Both the position numbers and the translations under genes were made by a program. Positions 25,106 to 36,637 of a stretch of 64,000 nt of DNA are shown here, one piece after another. The stretch is from Pelomyxa schiedti (lineage: Eukaryota > Protista > Evosea), in NCBI GenBank assembly GCA_020536535.1, contig JAHLWZ010000676.1, positions 62,001 through 126,000 of the forward strand. The letters run 5' to 3'. The notes beneath the pieces were generated by a model, which was given only the letters and a program-made list of their open reading frames with translations, searched no databases and had not been told where the DNA came from. Every line of letters begins with the position of its first letter. The first letter of the stretch is position 1.

Positions 25106-26300
25106 CTATGATAAAAAATCTTTTTGAAACGCATCTTCATCAGACAAGAGGTTGTGGAGGTCACGAAACATGGCTTGAAAAATTGGATGTTGCACCCTAT
25201 CTTGCCGTGGTTTGACATGAAACTGCTGAATTTTAGTGTGCCATTTATTGTAGGTAAATTACCTTTACTACACCGGGAATGGCTACATCACCTACACTAG
25301 AAGAAAAAAGAACGACATTACAGTGTTCCGGCCTGATCCCAACGTGTTTAAATGCTTCGGCCACACAGTCATTCAGTGCATTCAACACTATTAGGGCCAG
25401 GTTATGTGGAGGGAATGTAGGATAGGTTACCTTCTTTGGGAGACTTGATTGTACGAACAACTATCCTAAACGCGAGTTACAAGCAGGCGGGTGAGGGTGC
25501 ATACTGTCTGGAAATTTCCGCCATTTGAGATTCCGAAATCGCGGCAGTGAAGCAAACTGTATCTGTAATAACCCCTTTTGGTTGAAGGCAGATTTTTAAG
25601 TCACCTTGCGTGTGGATTACTGTAGCTTGAGGTCAGAAGTTAATTAACAGACGGTTTGAGAGTACAAGAATTCAATGCCCAGGCGCAACCCAAAGCAAAA
25701 ACCGCATTGGGAGAGGGAATCCACAGTTCTAAATCGCAGTGCAGAACAGAAGTGAGGCATGCAAAAACCGTGGTTTCCACTCTTGCATCTCCTTTGCATA
25801 GTATGAAGCAGCAAGAACCTGAAGTATGGTAATGCATCCAAGGGGTGAAAAAGAAACACAGAACCTTCAGGTAAAATCGCCGTGAATCCAGTTTTCCGAT
25901 CTGTAATCAGTTAGACCACAATCTTTCTAGCCACACTTCTACCAGCTAAAATTACAACAATTACCCAGCCACCTCTTGAGAGAACTAAAAGAAAAGGCCA
26001 TTATGCACAGGAAAGGGAATAAAAAAAAAAGCTTCACACCTCTATCACTATCCTGTGAGTGTATTGTAACAGTTGGTGGAGGACTCAGTTTTCCTTTAAT
26101 TTCATCTGTTAATCTACTCACATCATCCCCTACTTTCTAGTCAGCAACAAACCTAACAAGAGGGGAGGAAATAGAAATAGAATCAAACCAGGTTCAGAAC
26201 CAGTGGCCAGAGTCTTTCGAAGGGAGGCAACTCGCCAAGAATGGCCGTTGACTACTATTATGGGACGCTAAGTCATTGGTTTTCACAAAGGTGTATCAGC
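25106..26300 (-). CDS. Hypothetical multi-exon protein; 5' end unresolved
   Basis: Chain of GT-AG exons giving ..NAVFALGCAWALNSLIHTQDTVCFTAAISESQMAEISRQIVVRTIKSPKEVLNALNDCVAEAF..QAMFRDLHNLLSDEDAFQKDFLS*; no family recognised. Confidence 0.4.
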
Positions 26301-26529
26301 AAACACACCGCTCCCAACGTAGCTCACGTCCATACACTTTCTATCTTGTATCTCTTATCAATCAAAAAAACCCTCATCATATCCATCAGGTTGCCTCTTC
26401 TCCACACCTATGGAGAACCAGCACTGTGACCAACTGAGGTGGCCCTTGGAGAGCCGTTGTTGCCAAGTGCCTCCCTCCGGCCGGGTTCACCTAAAAATAA
26501 CCTTGTTTTTTGCCTTTTACCCGGACCAA

Positions 26530-29005
26530 ATGGCGCAACGAGGCGCGGCGTGCGATCCTGGTGATCAACAACAGCCACAAAGTAGCGACGTGAAAGTGAC
26601 GGACGCAGACGCGGATGGTGGTGCACAGCAGGAGCCCCCGCCATCGCTGCCCCCTCTGCTTGCTGGTATTTTTTTTTTTTTTTTTTTTTTCGGGAAATAG
26701 AAAAACTGAAACAAGCAACACGTGGTGGACACGATGTCAATGTGTGCAGCAGAATGGAACTAACGTTGTTACTGTTTTTTTTTTTCTTTTCTTTTCTTTT
26801 CTTTTCTTCTCCCTTGGCAACAAAAACAGCAAAGCCACAACAAACTCTTGAGGCCAGGTTGGCCCAGACAGTTTCACTACAAAAACAATTGTTGACACAA
26901 AAGGATACCATTATTGCAGATTTGAAGAAACAATTGCAGGTAGTTACTTACTACCTCTTTTATGTCTATGAATATATATTTTATATTGTAACCGTAACTA
27001 CAACAACATGTTAATCCCGTAGCTATTTGCTAAAATAAATCAAATGGTGTTAGGAGCGTGGTTCTACACCCGCACCTGGTTACTCCCAATCTGGCTGTAC
27101 AACTGGAACGACGACTGACTCGATAAACGTGGATGAAGAATTAAAGAGGGAGCGCGCAGAAAACGAAATTTTGAAGAAGAAAATTCGGGAACTTTCTGGC
27201 TATGCCAGAGATATTATCTCAATCAGAGCCTATGGCGACAGGTGTGGTATGCCACTTTCAATTGAAAAAGCCAATGGATTTCCATTGTGATATCTTTTAT
27301 AGATGGGCAGGGGAAGAAAGAGACCTTAAGCAAACGAAGAAACTACTTGAAGAAGAAGTAAGTTCTATAGCATGATGTTGAGAGCAACGGCATCATTGAC
27401 CCAAGTCTCATTATACATAGGTGAGGTGTGCGAATGACCGGATCGCTACGCTGGAGCAAAAATGTCAGGAGCACGCTTCAAGGGAACAAGAGGCCACCAC
27501 ACTCATCACCACTCTGACACAACGAGTGCAGACACTTGAAAATGACACAATAAACGCAAGTGGTTGTGTTCAGAAATTATCCAAAGAGACCGAGCGTATT
27601 CGTGCTGAACGTGACACACTATTATCTAGAGTGAAGCGTGCCGAAGCTGAGAGGGACCAGTACGAAGAACAACTGCATGATCAAGTGCGATTGTCACTAC
27701 CACTTCTCTTTACCAATTTCGTTACAGGCAGACAAAGCTGAGGCATGTGGAAATCATGTGTCGCTGCTCCGAGGTACTCTTTTGGAGACCCGCAACCGTC
27801 TTACAAAAACGGAGAACGAATGTGTTCGCCTTCGCTGCGAGCTACATGCAGCACAATCTAAACGAGACGAACTGATGTTGCGTTGCCGGGAGTTGTGTGA
27901 AGCAAACCAAACAGCAAGACGCAAAATTGCCGATGCAGCAGCTGCTTTGTCCTGCGCCCCGTGTTCGCCATGTAGTCGCCCCAACAGTCCTCTCCGAGAC
28001 ACCACCAAAACACCTTCCGCAACTCGGAGAGAATCAAGAATGAGCCAACTCTCAAATGAAACAGCTGCTGATGGCCTGAGAGTTCAAACTCCACTCGTCA
28101 AGCACCTTAGAATGGTTCAGCACCAAGACGAGCAAGACTTTGATCAGGCTCAGGACCAAGCTGAGCAACAAGCTTTCCTACCTCAAACACAACAGCAACA
28201 ACAGCAAAGTAGGTTAGCCCTTCTTATGGCACAACCACACACCTATGAGACATTGCAAAACATAGAGAATTCCTCCAAAGAGGGTGAAGAAATGTGTAAT
28301 GTGGGACAGACAGATAACACGGAGCCACTACAGATGTCTAACAACCAAAACTCACCAAATACTGGTCTGAATACCACGGGCAATGAAGGCGACTACACAC
28401 ACAACTCCCTTGAGGTTAGTGTTGGCAATGATCCTTCAGGGGCTCCAGGCATTGACTTATCAATCAACTCCCCAAACTCCAAGACTTTCCCGACATCCAT
28501 CAACTCGGACTCATCCTTGATTGATACGACAATTACACCAACTGAAATTAATAGCCTGAACACTAGCACAAACACTCCTACAAACATACTCCTTCACCCC
28601 ACACCCACCCTTGACTCCACGGGACTTCTGACTCAACTATGTTCTGTTGAGCACTCTGACTCACCCACTAAATCATTTGGGAATACCAATGAATCAGTGA
28701 ATAAGTCGCAAGACAACACACCAGCCGAAACTACAGGAATGGAAGGAGACACAACCACAGAGGTAATCTCGTGCCCCTCTTACAATTTTCTAATGCTATT
28801 AAAAGGAACCCAAGGTACAACAGCCCAAGAAGCGGTGTGTCCTTTCTTTTCCTCTTCCAATTCCAATCTCATACACTTTTAGCTCCCGTGTACAACGGAA
28901 GAAATTTACCTCACCACAGAACCAGAAGGTATCTCCATCTTAATTGAAACAAACCCAACCAAAACACAGAGACCGAGAAACTCATCAAACAACAGCACCC
29001 TATAA
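26530..29005 (+). CDS. Coiled-coil protein with Thr/Ser/Asn-rich C-terminal tail
   Basis: ATG 26530 MAQRGAACD..; heptad exons (QTLEARLAQTVSLQKQLL, ELKRERAENEILKKKIREL, RIATLEQKCQE); long exon 27750-28760; stop TAA 29003-29005. Confidence 0.65.
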
Positions 29006-29100
29006 AATGTTGTGCTTGCATGAACCAAAAAAAAAAAAACGCGAATTCACTCTGTAACATTTTCTTAGAGTTTAACTTACTCAGAGGAGGTTATTTTTTT

Positions 29101-30870
29101 TTAGAGCAAAATGCCGTCCTTGTTTGGGTGCCTCTTTGTGAGCCTGAATAACAGTAAAGGCAAACCAGCAAGTAGCACCAGAATAGAGGCTTGCAGGGTG
29201 TCGAATACCAACATGCCGTGTGGCTTACTGACTGCAATTGCAACGAGGCCGTATTGTGCGCAGGACACTATGCCACTGAGTGTGTTCATTACTCCGGAAA
29301 TTACTCCATAGTGCTCGTAACCAAACCTGTTTGTTGTTATCATTAGTGGTTATTTGGTTTTGGTTGTTTTTTATTTCGTAGATATACACATAGGGGGAAT
29401 TTATTTCTATTTAATACAATAATGATTTGGTACATACACTTCTATGTCATAAGCCCAGGTCGTGCAGTAGAGGAAACTTCTCCAGAGAGAAAAGGCAATG
29501 AAACTGGCACAGAATGCCCACTTTGAAATTACCTCAAAGAAACAAGCCGAGGCTAGAATAACACCAGCTATCGACGTTGCAATATAACCTCCTACTGTTC
29601 CACCGAGCCAGTGCTTTGATGCCAATGTGGGAACAACAATAATGGCGGAAACCAGCTGGCCAACCGGGAATATCACTCCAAATAGTTGAATTATGGTATC
29701 TACATTGGCTCCTGGTGAATCAGCAGCCTGAATAGAAAGAGTTCCGATGAAGGTATTGACGAATAGTGCCTGTAGGGCCAGATAGGCTGCAGCCAGCATA
29801 AACTGGAGGGAGCAGAGTTGTTTCTTGAGTGAGGCCGAATGGAGGTTACTGGGAGTTGATGTTTTTCCCTGTTTCGCTCCTTGCTCTCCTGGGGAACCGG
29901 CGTAATCCGGACAAAAGGTTCCGTCACCAACCCCTGGAACTTTTTCTTCAACACTGCTGTTGACAACTAACATAGCATCAGCTTGGTAATCGGCACTGTC
30001 ACTCATTTTCTCGCTTTCCCTTACTGCTTGGGGGCCTTCTAGGACTGATTCTTCTTGTAACTTCTTATGGGCGTCGTGCTCGTGCTCCTTTGGCCAGAAG
30101 AAGGAATAGATGAAAATACAGACTGGAACCACCAGATAACCGAGCCAAAGTGTTCTATATGCAACACCGGCCGAGTAAAGCAACTACATTATGTTATTTC
30201 ATCATAGTAATCGAAAAATTCTCTATCAGAACGAATACAAACCGAGAAGAATAGCATCACAATTGGGCTCGCATTCCAAAAAGCAGTAAAGGCCCCCACA
30301 ACTCCTGACTGGTATTTCTTATACAAGGAGCTTATTGTAAATAGGCTCAGGCCAACTGAGTTTCCCCCGATTCCCATGAGAGTGTACCCAGGAATAAACA
30401 GCGGAACTGAAAGGTAAAGAGTGTTTAATTCCAATAATGCAAGTAAACTATCAAGCCTACCTTTCTCGCTAGACATTCCCATCATAACAGAGCCCAGAAC
30501 AACAACGACGCTTGACATTGCAGCCAATTTCCGGGGGCCAAACTTATCCAGTAAAATTCCAGCAGGAAGTGCACTGGCCAATAAACCAAACGTAGCAACG
30601 GTGAAGATGGCATTCAGCTTGAGCATTTGCGCATCACACGGACCCTGAAGAAGGATGTAGGCTTGAACAAATCCTAAATTGACTAACTCGTACCACAGAG
30701 TCCGGGCACAAGTCGGCATAAAATCCCTCGGATTGCAGGATTCCAAGTAAAGGAGCCCAACCGAATATGAACCCACTTCCAAGCAGCATTAGAACTAGAG
30801 AGGCAACCATTACTGCTCCCGCATGTATCTTTTTCCAAAGGCAACTTTCGACACAACTCGTGCCCTCCAT
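29101..30870 (-). CDS. MFS transporter, SLC43 (LAT3/LAT4) / FMP42-like
   Basis: LLGSGFIFGWAPLLGILQSEGFYADLC, CDAQMLKLNAIF, PAGILLDKFGPR, multiple TM helices, C-terminal RFGYEHYGVISG. Confidence 0.85.
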
Positions 30871-31039
30871 CACCACTGTTGCTACTGTTGTTTTATTTCT
30901 GTTATTAAATAGCTAGCTTCTCCCTTCTCCCACAAAAAAAAGCTTACCTCATCCTTTGGAGAACCGGCCTTTTTTTAATTCGGTTTCCTCATTAGGCAAA
31001 ATTGCCTTCCATCAAGATTTTCTTCTTAGGAAAAAAAAA

Positions 31040-32293
31040 ATGGACGGGGGACACAGGCGAAGCGGCACCAAGAAATTGTCTGGGTCGCGGGACAAGGAGG
31101 ACGCCGGATCGATCCCCAACGCGAGCAACAGTGGATCCTCCCCCGATGCCACGGACCGTGATGTGGCTGCGGAAGCAACTGCAGCATCAACAACTGAATC
31201 CGCCGACACAGGTTCCCCTCTGTCGTCTTCTTCGTCGTCATCGTCGACGGCGTCTTCGTCGTCGTCTTCTTCCTCGTCCATGAATCTGACCGTGCCTGAC
31301 CCCAGTGACCCGACAACGAGCGCCTCTTCGAAGGACAGAGTACGTCGCCACAGGCGAGAAAAAACAACGGGGAACATCGACAAGGCACAACTTCTAGCTT
31401 TATCTTCGTCTTCAACTCCTCCTCCCACAATGGAGAAACCTGCACCAACCGCAACCCCAACAAACACAGCCACTCCCACGCCTACCCCTTCAGCACAATC
31501 TTCTGCTAATGCTACTTCTGCCTCCAGTACTACTACTACTAGTAGTAGTTCAACGCAAAATGTTTCATCACCTGTTGTGCCTGCCACGTCTCCTGAGCCT
31601 GAGGAGCCTGAGGCGCCGCATTCTCCATGTGTTAGTGCTGTTGGTATTTCTTGTGCACCTCTGACATCAGAGCCTGCTCCTTTCACTGTCCATGTACTTG
31701 CTTACTTACGTTTGGGATTGGTGCTGAGGGGTGGTTATTATGGCTATTTATCGCTATTCTTAAACTACGTCTAAATTTAAATGCCAAACTCAAAACGCAA
31801 ATGCAAAAGTAGGTGTTCATTCGACCATACATAATGATGGCATCTGGCGAACGCGGGACAGACGACATCATCATGCGAGACACCTCAATTGACGTACTCA
31901 AACACCTTTTCTATCTAATCTAACAATCCACACAATCCTTCCCATCTCTCAATACCAACCAACAACCAACCCATAATTCCACCAACCCTTACCTAGTGTG
32001 TCACATGGCAAAGCCGGCAAGGGCTTGATGTTGCCTCTGTTCGTGCAACTGTGGCCGTTCGCCTCAAATTCCCGCTCATACTCTTAGAGCAGATGGAGTT
32101 CTGGTCCAGTGACGATTCACACTTCCCCAAATCGCTGCTGTTCCCCTCCCTTGCTCAGCAGCAACAAGGCCTATCTGCCTCAGCAACAACTAGTACCAGT
32201 ACAACAGCGAGTGTGGATGGAGACTCCCGTGTGAGGGTGCCTTTTTCCCGTCACATTTGTGTGATTGTGACCCAGAGCTTCATACTGAAGTGA
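31040..32293 (+). CDS. Hypothetical Ser/Thr-rich low-complexity protein
   Basis: ATG 31040 MDGGHRRSG.., long S/T/P-rich exon, then short GT-AG exons (VFIRPYIMMAS.., CVTWQSRQGLDVASVRATVAVRLKFP..). Confidence 0.55.
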
Positions 32294-32378
32294 ATAAATA
32301 TGTATATGAGTTTGTGATTGGACAAGAGCAAAAACAGGTGGAGGGCAAAAAGAGCTTCTTCTCCCCTGTTATGACAGG

Positions 32379-34593
32379 TTAAGAGTTTTGTGGTGGGGGT
32401 GCTGTGGTGGTCACAGAAGGGTTTGTTGTTGGGGTTTTGTTGGCTTGTTGTGTGCTTGGGAAAAAAAAGATTAGCTGAACTGATAAAGCAAAAGTGCACT
32501 CATACCTGCTCCCCCCTCCTGTGAAAGATATCTCTGGCAAGTCGGAGTACCGCACACTGCAGGGGGTTAAGTTGATTAGAGTATTTGGAAGGATACGGTG
32601 TCCTCTTCGGTCTAGAGGTGGCTGTGGTACTAGTTTGAATTGGCGCCACAACAGAGGGTTCTGTAACTTGTGTTGCCGAACTGGGTGGCGGAGTTGGTGT
32701 GGGTGTATTGGCAGGTGTAGTACTAGGAATTGGTTTTTCGGGAGGTCTCAAGCTCCTATTTGCTGGGTTGGAATTTGTGAGTGAGTGAAGGGGTACCTCA
32801 AATAAGTGATAATGTCAGTCTGCAGTTTCTTCAAGGGTAATGTTATATTAGCTGGAATTTCATATTCGCACTGCTTTGGTAGAGTTACAGTGGAAAACAG
32901 TGGATGGGATAATAGATCTTCAAGAGTGACAGGAGGAGGTTCAGGGGATGAGGCGGATGTTGTGGGAGGGGGGCTAGTGGAAACTGAAGGTGTTGTGGCC
33001 AAAGGTGGTGTTGATGGGTAGCTCGGTGGAGACTCAGAGGTAATAGATGTGGGTTGAGGAAAAATGAGAATTAGAACCTGTAAATGTCAGTTATCATACC
33101 TAAGCACAGAAGGATACCTCACGGAAGGGGTCAGGAAGCTTTTTGAAAGCCGGAATTGAGGCAAGACTTGATAAAGATTCAGGTGTGGGAGTTCTAGCAA
33201 GAACCATTTCAAAAAATAGAAGTCCAAAGCATACAACTTCACGACTGCTTTGCCTTTGCTTGGGAGTTGACATTAGGAAGGAAGAGAAGAAAGGAAAACA
33301 AACAGGATCCTGGGTCAAAAAATTCCAGTAGAAAGGACGTAGACCAGCAAAAGAGTTCTCGATATCAGATAAACTGAGAAGGAATAAAACACAGATTGGA
33401 TCTTCATTTGGATACCAAAAAATATTATTAGGAGTAACCAGAATATTCCCTGGATGCAGGTGCACAAAAGGGTAACCAAGCTGTTTTAGAAAGATCAGTG
33501 CTTCCAGTACTTGCCTTCCGATCATTGCAGCAGCTTTAACCGAAAGGGCACTGCCCTCTACATCATATTCATTATGAGTCGTGATCAACCTCTGGCTACT
33601 TGGCACCTGTCACTGTTGATTTCCTTCATCACTCACCAACATCCATTAAAACCTTGTACACTAAATCACGAAGACTTCCTTTAGGATAGTACTCTCGTAT
33701 AACGTGCAATTGAGAGCTTTCTTGATGGTATTCAAGAGAAACCAGTGGAGCAATGAAGGGATGCTTGTTCACATAAGCGTACGTAAGAATAATGAATAGT
33801 ACTTGGAAACCCATTATGAAATCAAAGAATGCCTTTCTCTTCTTATCAAAATCAAATGGAATAAAAGGAGTCTTTGTGGACATCTATCAAAGTTAGATCT
33901 ACCCATGAGGGGATACAATACTGTTCGAAGTAACAAATCTCTCTTGGTATCTCTCAATAAAACAGCGTACTTGATTGGGTTTGGGCCTTGAGTCATCAAT
34001 GCATGAAAAGGGTTAGGGTTGTTACCTTGGCCTCGATAGCCATATGTGTCATTTGGGTCAACAAGTATTTTTGCAACTGGATAACGTGACATCCTGAGAG
34101 TTTGTTGCAAAGAAATTGATTCTTGCTCTATAATGGAAAGGTAAAGGAAAATGCACTTCGAAGCAGAAAGAAGGTACCAAGAAAATCTACAACATCTTGG
34201 AGATATGAAAAACAGTCATCACACACTCTTTGGGGTCCTTTCAAATTCATTCTTGCTGGCAAGATGATTTGTTGGGTTGAGCACTGCTCATCAAAAATAA
34301 GTCCTATTCTACATCAATTCTCTCATGGTGAAAACATATAAGAAGTTACCACAGGCTCTGCAATGATGCTGGTTTTGTTTTGTAGCTGGTTATTGCCAGA
34401 AGAAAGGAGATTGTCCAGCCATACCTTTCGCCTTGTAAAGGAAAAAGGCTCATGACACCTGTGACACACAACGGCCTGATCATCTGGTTGCCATGGCACA
34501 CCCACCCCTCTGTATTGTTTGGGTTTTTTTTATTTAAGTTGAGTTTCTGTATTTCTTTTTTTTTTACAGTCGTGAAGTGGGTTTTTGACACAT
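32379..34593 (-). CDS. FYVE + Slob/PXK-type pseudokinase
   Basis: WQPDDQAVVCHRCHEPFSFTRRK|HHCRACG..RVCDDC (FYVE); HPFIAPL, REYYPKGSLRDLVY, GRQVLEALIFL, FVHLHPGNIL, LSDIEN (Slob/PXK signature, no HRD/DFG). Confidence 0.85.
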
Positions 34594-34748
34594 TGGCACT
34601 TTAACAGCAATTCCCGGACACGAAATTCACCTTAGAGCTGGGGGTGCATCGTCACGTATGCCAGACGACATTTGATGGGGTGCCCCTTGAACAGGAAATG
34701 AAAACGGAAAAAGGAAAAAGAAATCTGATCAGATTTGTTTTTGTTTTC

Positions 34749-36438
34749 CTATCTTCTAGTCATTTCCCAGAAGGAGGGAATGGCTCTGTTGGTGTTGTTA
34801 CTACAGTAAGAGGTCAAGGGAGGCTGATGATTTTAGAGGAGGGGCAGATGCAGTGGGTCTGTTGTTGGATGACGGTGGGGGAGGAAGTGCAGGAATTTGT
34901 TCCGGTGTTGTTTGTGCTGAATCCGTTGCTGTGGATGTGGATGGTGTTGGGGGAAGTGGAAGAGGAGGAGCTGAGGGCGAAAATGTGGAAGTTGCTGTTG
35001 ATGTTGGTGTTGATGGCGATGTGGAAGTTGATGTAGAGGAAGAGGGAGAGGAAGCGGAGAAAGAGGAAAAAGAGGAGGAAGAAATGTTTGAGGAATTTGG
35101 GAGTGGCTGCCTATCTATACATTCAAGCCTGACTAATTTGGGATCGTGCCTCAATGACCAGAACTGGGGGTAAACCCGTTCCCGGCTCACGGATACCACA
35201 ATGAATCCATGCGATTCGAGGAATTTGGTCTTGGCAGCGGTGGTTGAATCGGCATATACGGGAGATCCTTCTTTGTCTGCTACTTGAAGGCCAGGCATAA
35301 GAAGATTCTCCCAAATGGTTACGTTGCTTTGAAGATCGGGGCGTACGGCCAACCAGTAAAGATACCTTTGGTTTTTGTTTTGTTCAAGGTTGTTGGACCT
35401 AGAAGAGTTTGAAGCAGAATTACCAGTGAGCCGTAGTGCCCATAGCTGCATCACGGTAATTATTATGAAGAGTGTGGATTTCACGAAGTCTTGCAGATGC
35501 CCCAAGTCCTATCTGGTTTAGTGTAAGTTATCATAAACAGTACAATACAGAGCAGTACCTTAAGAGGGGCTTTTGAAAGACCAGTTCCAAAAAGAGGGAA
35601 GTATTTACCAGGTGGGCGCCAAACAGAAACGCCTGTTAAGGTAGTGCCATCACTTTCATAGGTCAAGTAGACAGCCTTCCAATACCGTTACTAATATAAA
35701 AAATTCCACATCGAGGTGCAAACCCAATGTTTAAGGGCAACCTCAGCAGACACACCATAAAACCAGTTCAAGGAATTCTTTCTTGACCCCAGGTCAGGAA
35801 ATATCCACACAAGAGTGGGGTCACTAAAATTAGCCTCAGTTACAAGGTTGGTAACCTGTGTATGACAATCATAAATTTTCCGTTCCAGCAGAAAAGCACC
35901 CATAATAGAAAAGCGTATATGTTCCCAACACCACCCAGCCAAACAAACAACCAAACAAACAAAATTAATCGGCGATACGGCGCAAAATGATTGAGAGACA
36001 TGCACAAGGGACACGCACCTTTTCGACGCTTATCGAAGTGGAAGAATAAGCAGCGCCCGTGGCCGAGGACGGCGAGGACGCGGCGGGCTTGGGCGAGGGC
36101 GTGGGGGGCGGCGGCGTCTTGAACGCCATCACGGCCTCCAGGGCCTCGAGGAGGGCGAAGTTCTTGGAGAAGGGGACGTCGTCGCCCATGGGCACGGCGT
36201 GGGGCTTGCGGTCAAAGGGGCACTCGACGATGTAGGTGCTGGGGGAGCCGACGTTGCTGCTCGTGAGGTTCCCGGGGGTGCCCGAGGCGCGGCCCGAGAT
36301 GAGCCGCACGCACTCGGTGCAGATGGTGTGCTGGCACAGCGGGAGCACGCGCGGGGCCCGCGTGTCCAGGTTGTATGGCTGGAAGCATATCTTGCACGTG
36401 AACGCCTCGCTCTGCAGCAAGGAGTTGGACGCCGCCAT
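34749..36438 (-). CDS. RING-HC (C3HC3D) E3 ligase fused to a GNAT acetyltransferase-like domain
   Basis: TCKICF..LPLCQHTICTEC..ECPFDR; then FSDPTLVWIFPD..R..LNWFY..GVSVWRPPG..YLYWLAVRPDLQ..LLMPGLQVADKEGSPVYADS..KFLESHGF, the puromycin-N-acetyltransferase-like GNAT pattern. Stop at 34801 or, with one more intron, 34749. Confidence 0.75.
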
Positions 36439-36637
36439 GTCGGCAAAATAATGGGAAAAAAAAATGCCTGTTCAATGTTGCTGAGGCGAAAGGCATTTCT
36501 GGTTGTTTCGTGGGAGACGGTGGCCAGAAGAGAAAATAGCGTGCACAGGGGGTCGTGGAAAGAACCTCGGATGCCCAGTCAGAGTGAACCAACACGTTGG
36601 TTGTTTCCCGTAATCACCTTCGGGAAAAAACCAACGA
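36439..36637. promoter_or_regulatory. 199-bp bidirectional promoter shared by the RING-GNAT and LRR-ARH genes
   Basis: Divergent ATGs at 36438 and 36638, both followed by GC/CpG-rich first exons. Confidence 0.55.

Noticed and set aside
31012-31686. 224-aa acidic minus-strand ORF
   Set aside because: Antisense of Ser/Thr codon runs in the plus-strand gene.
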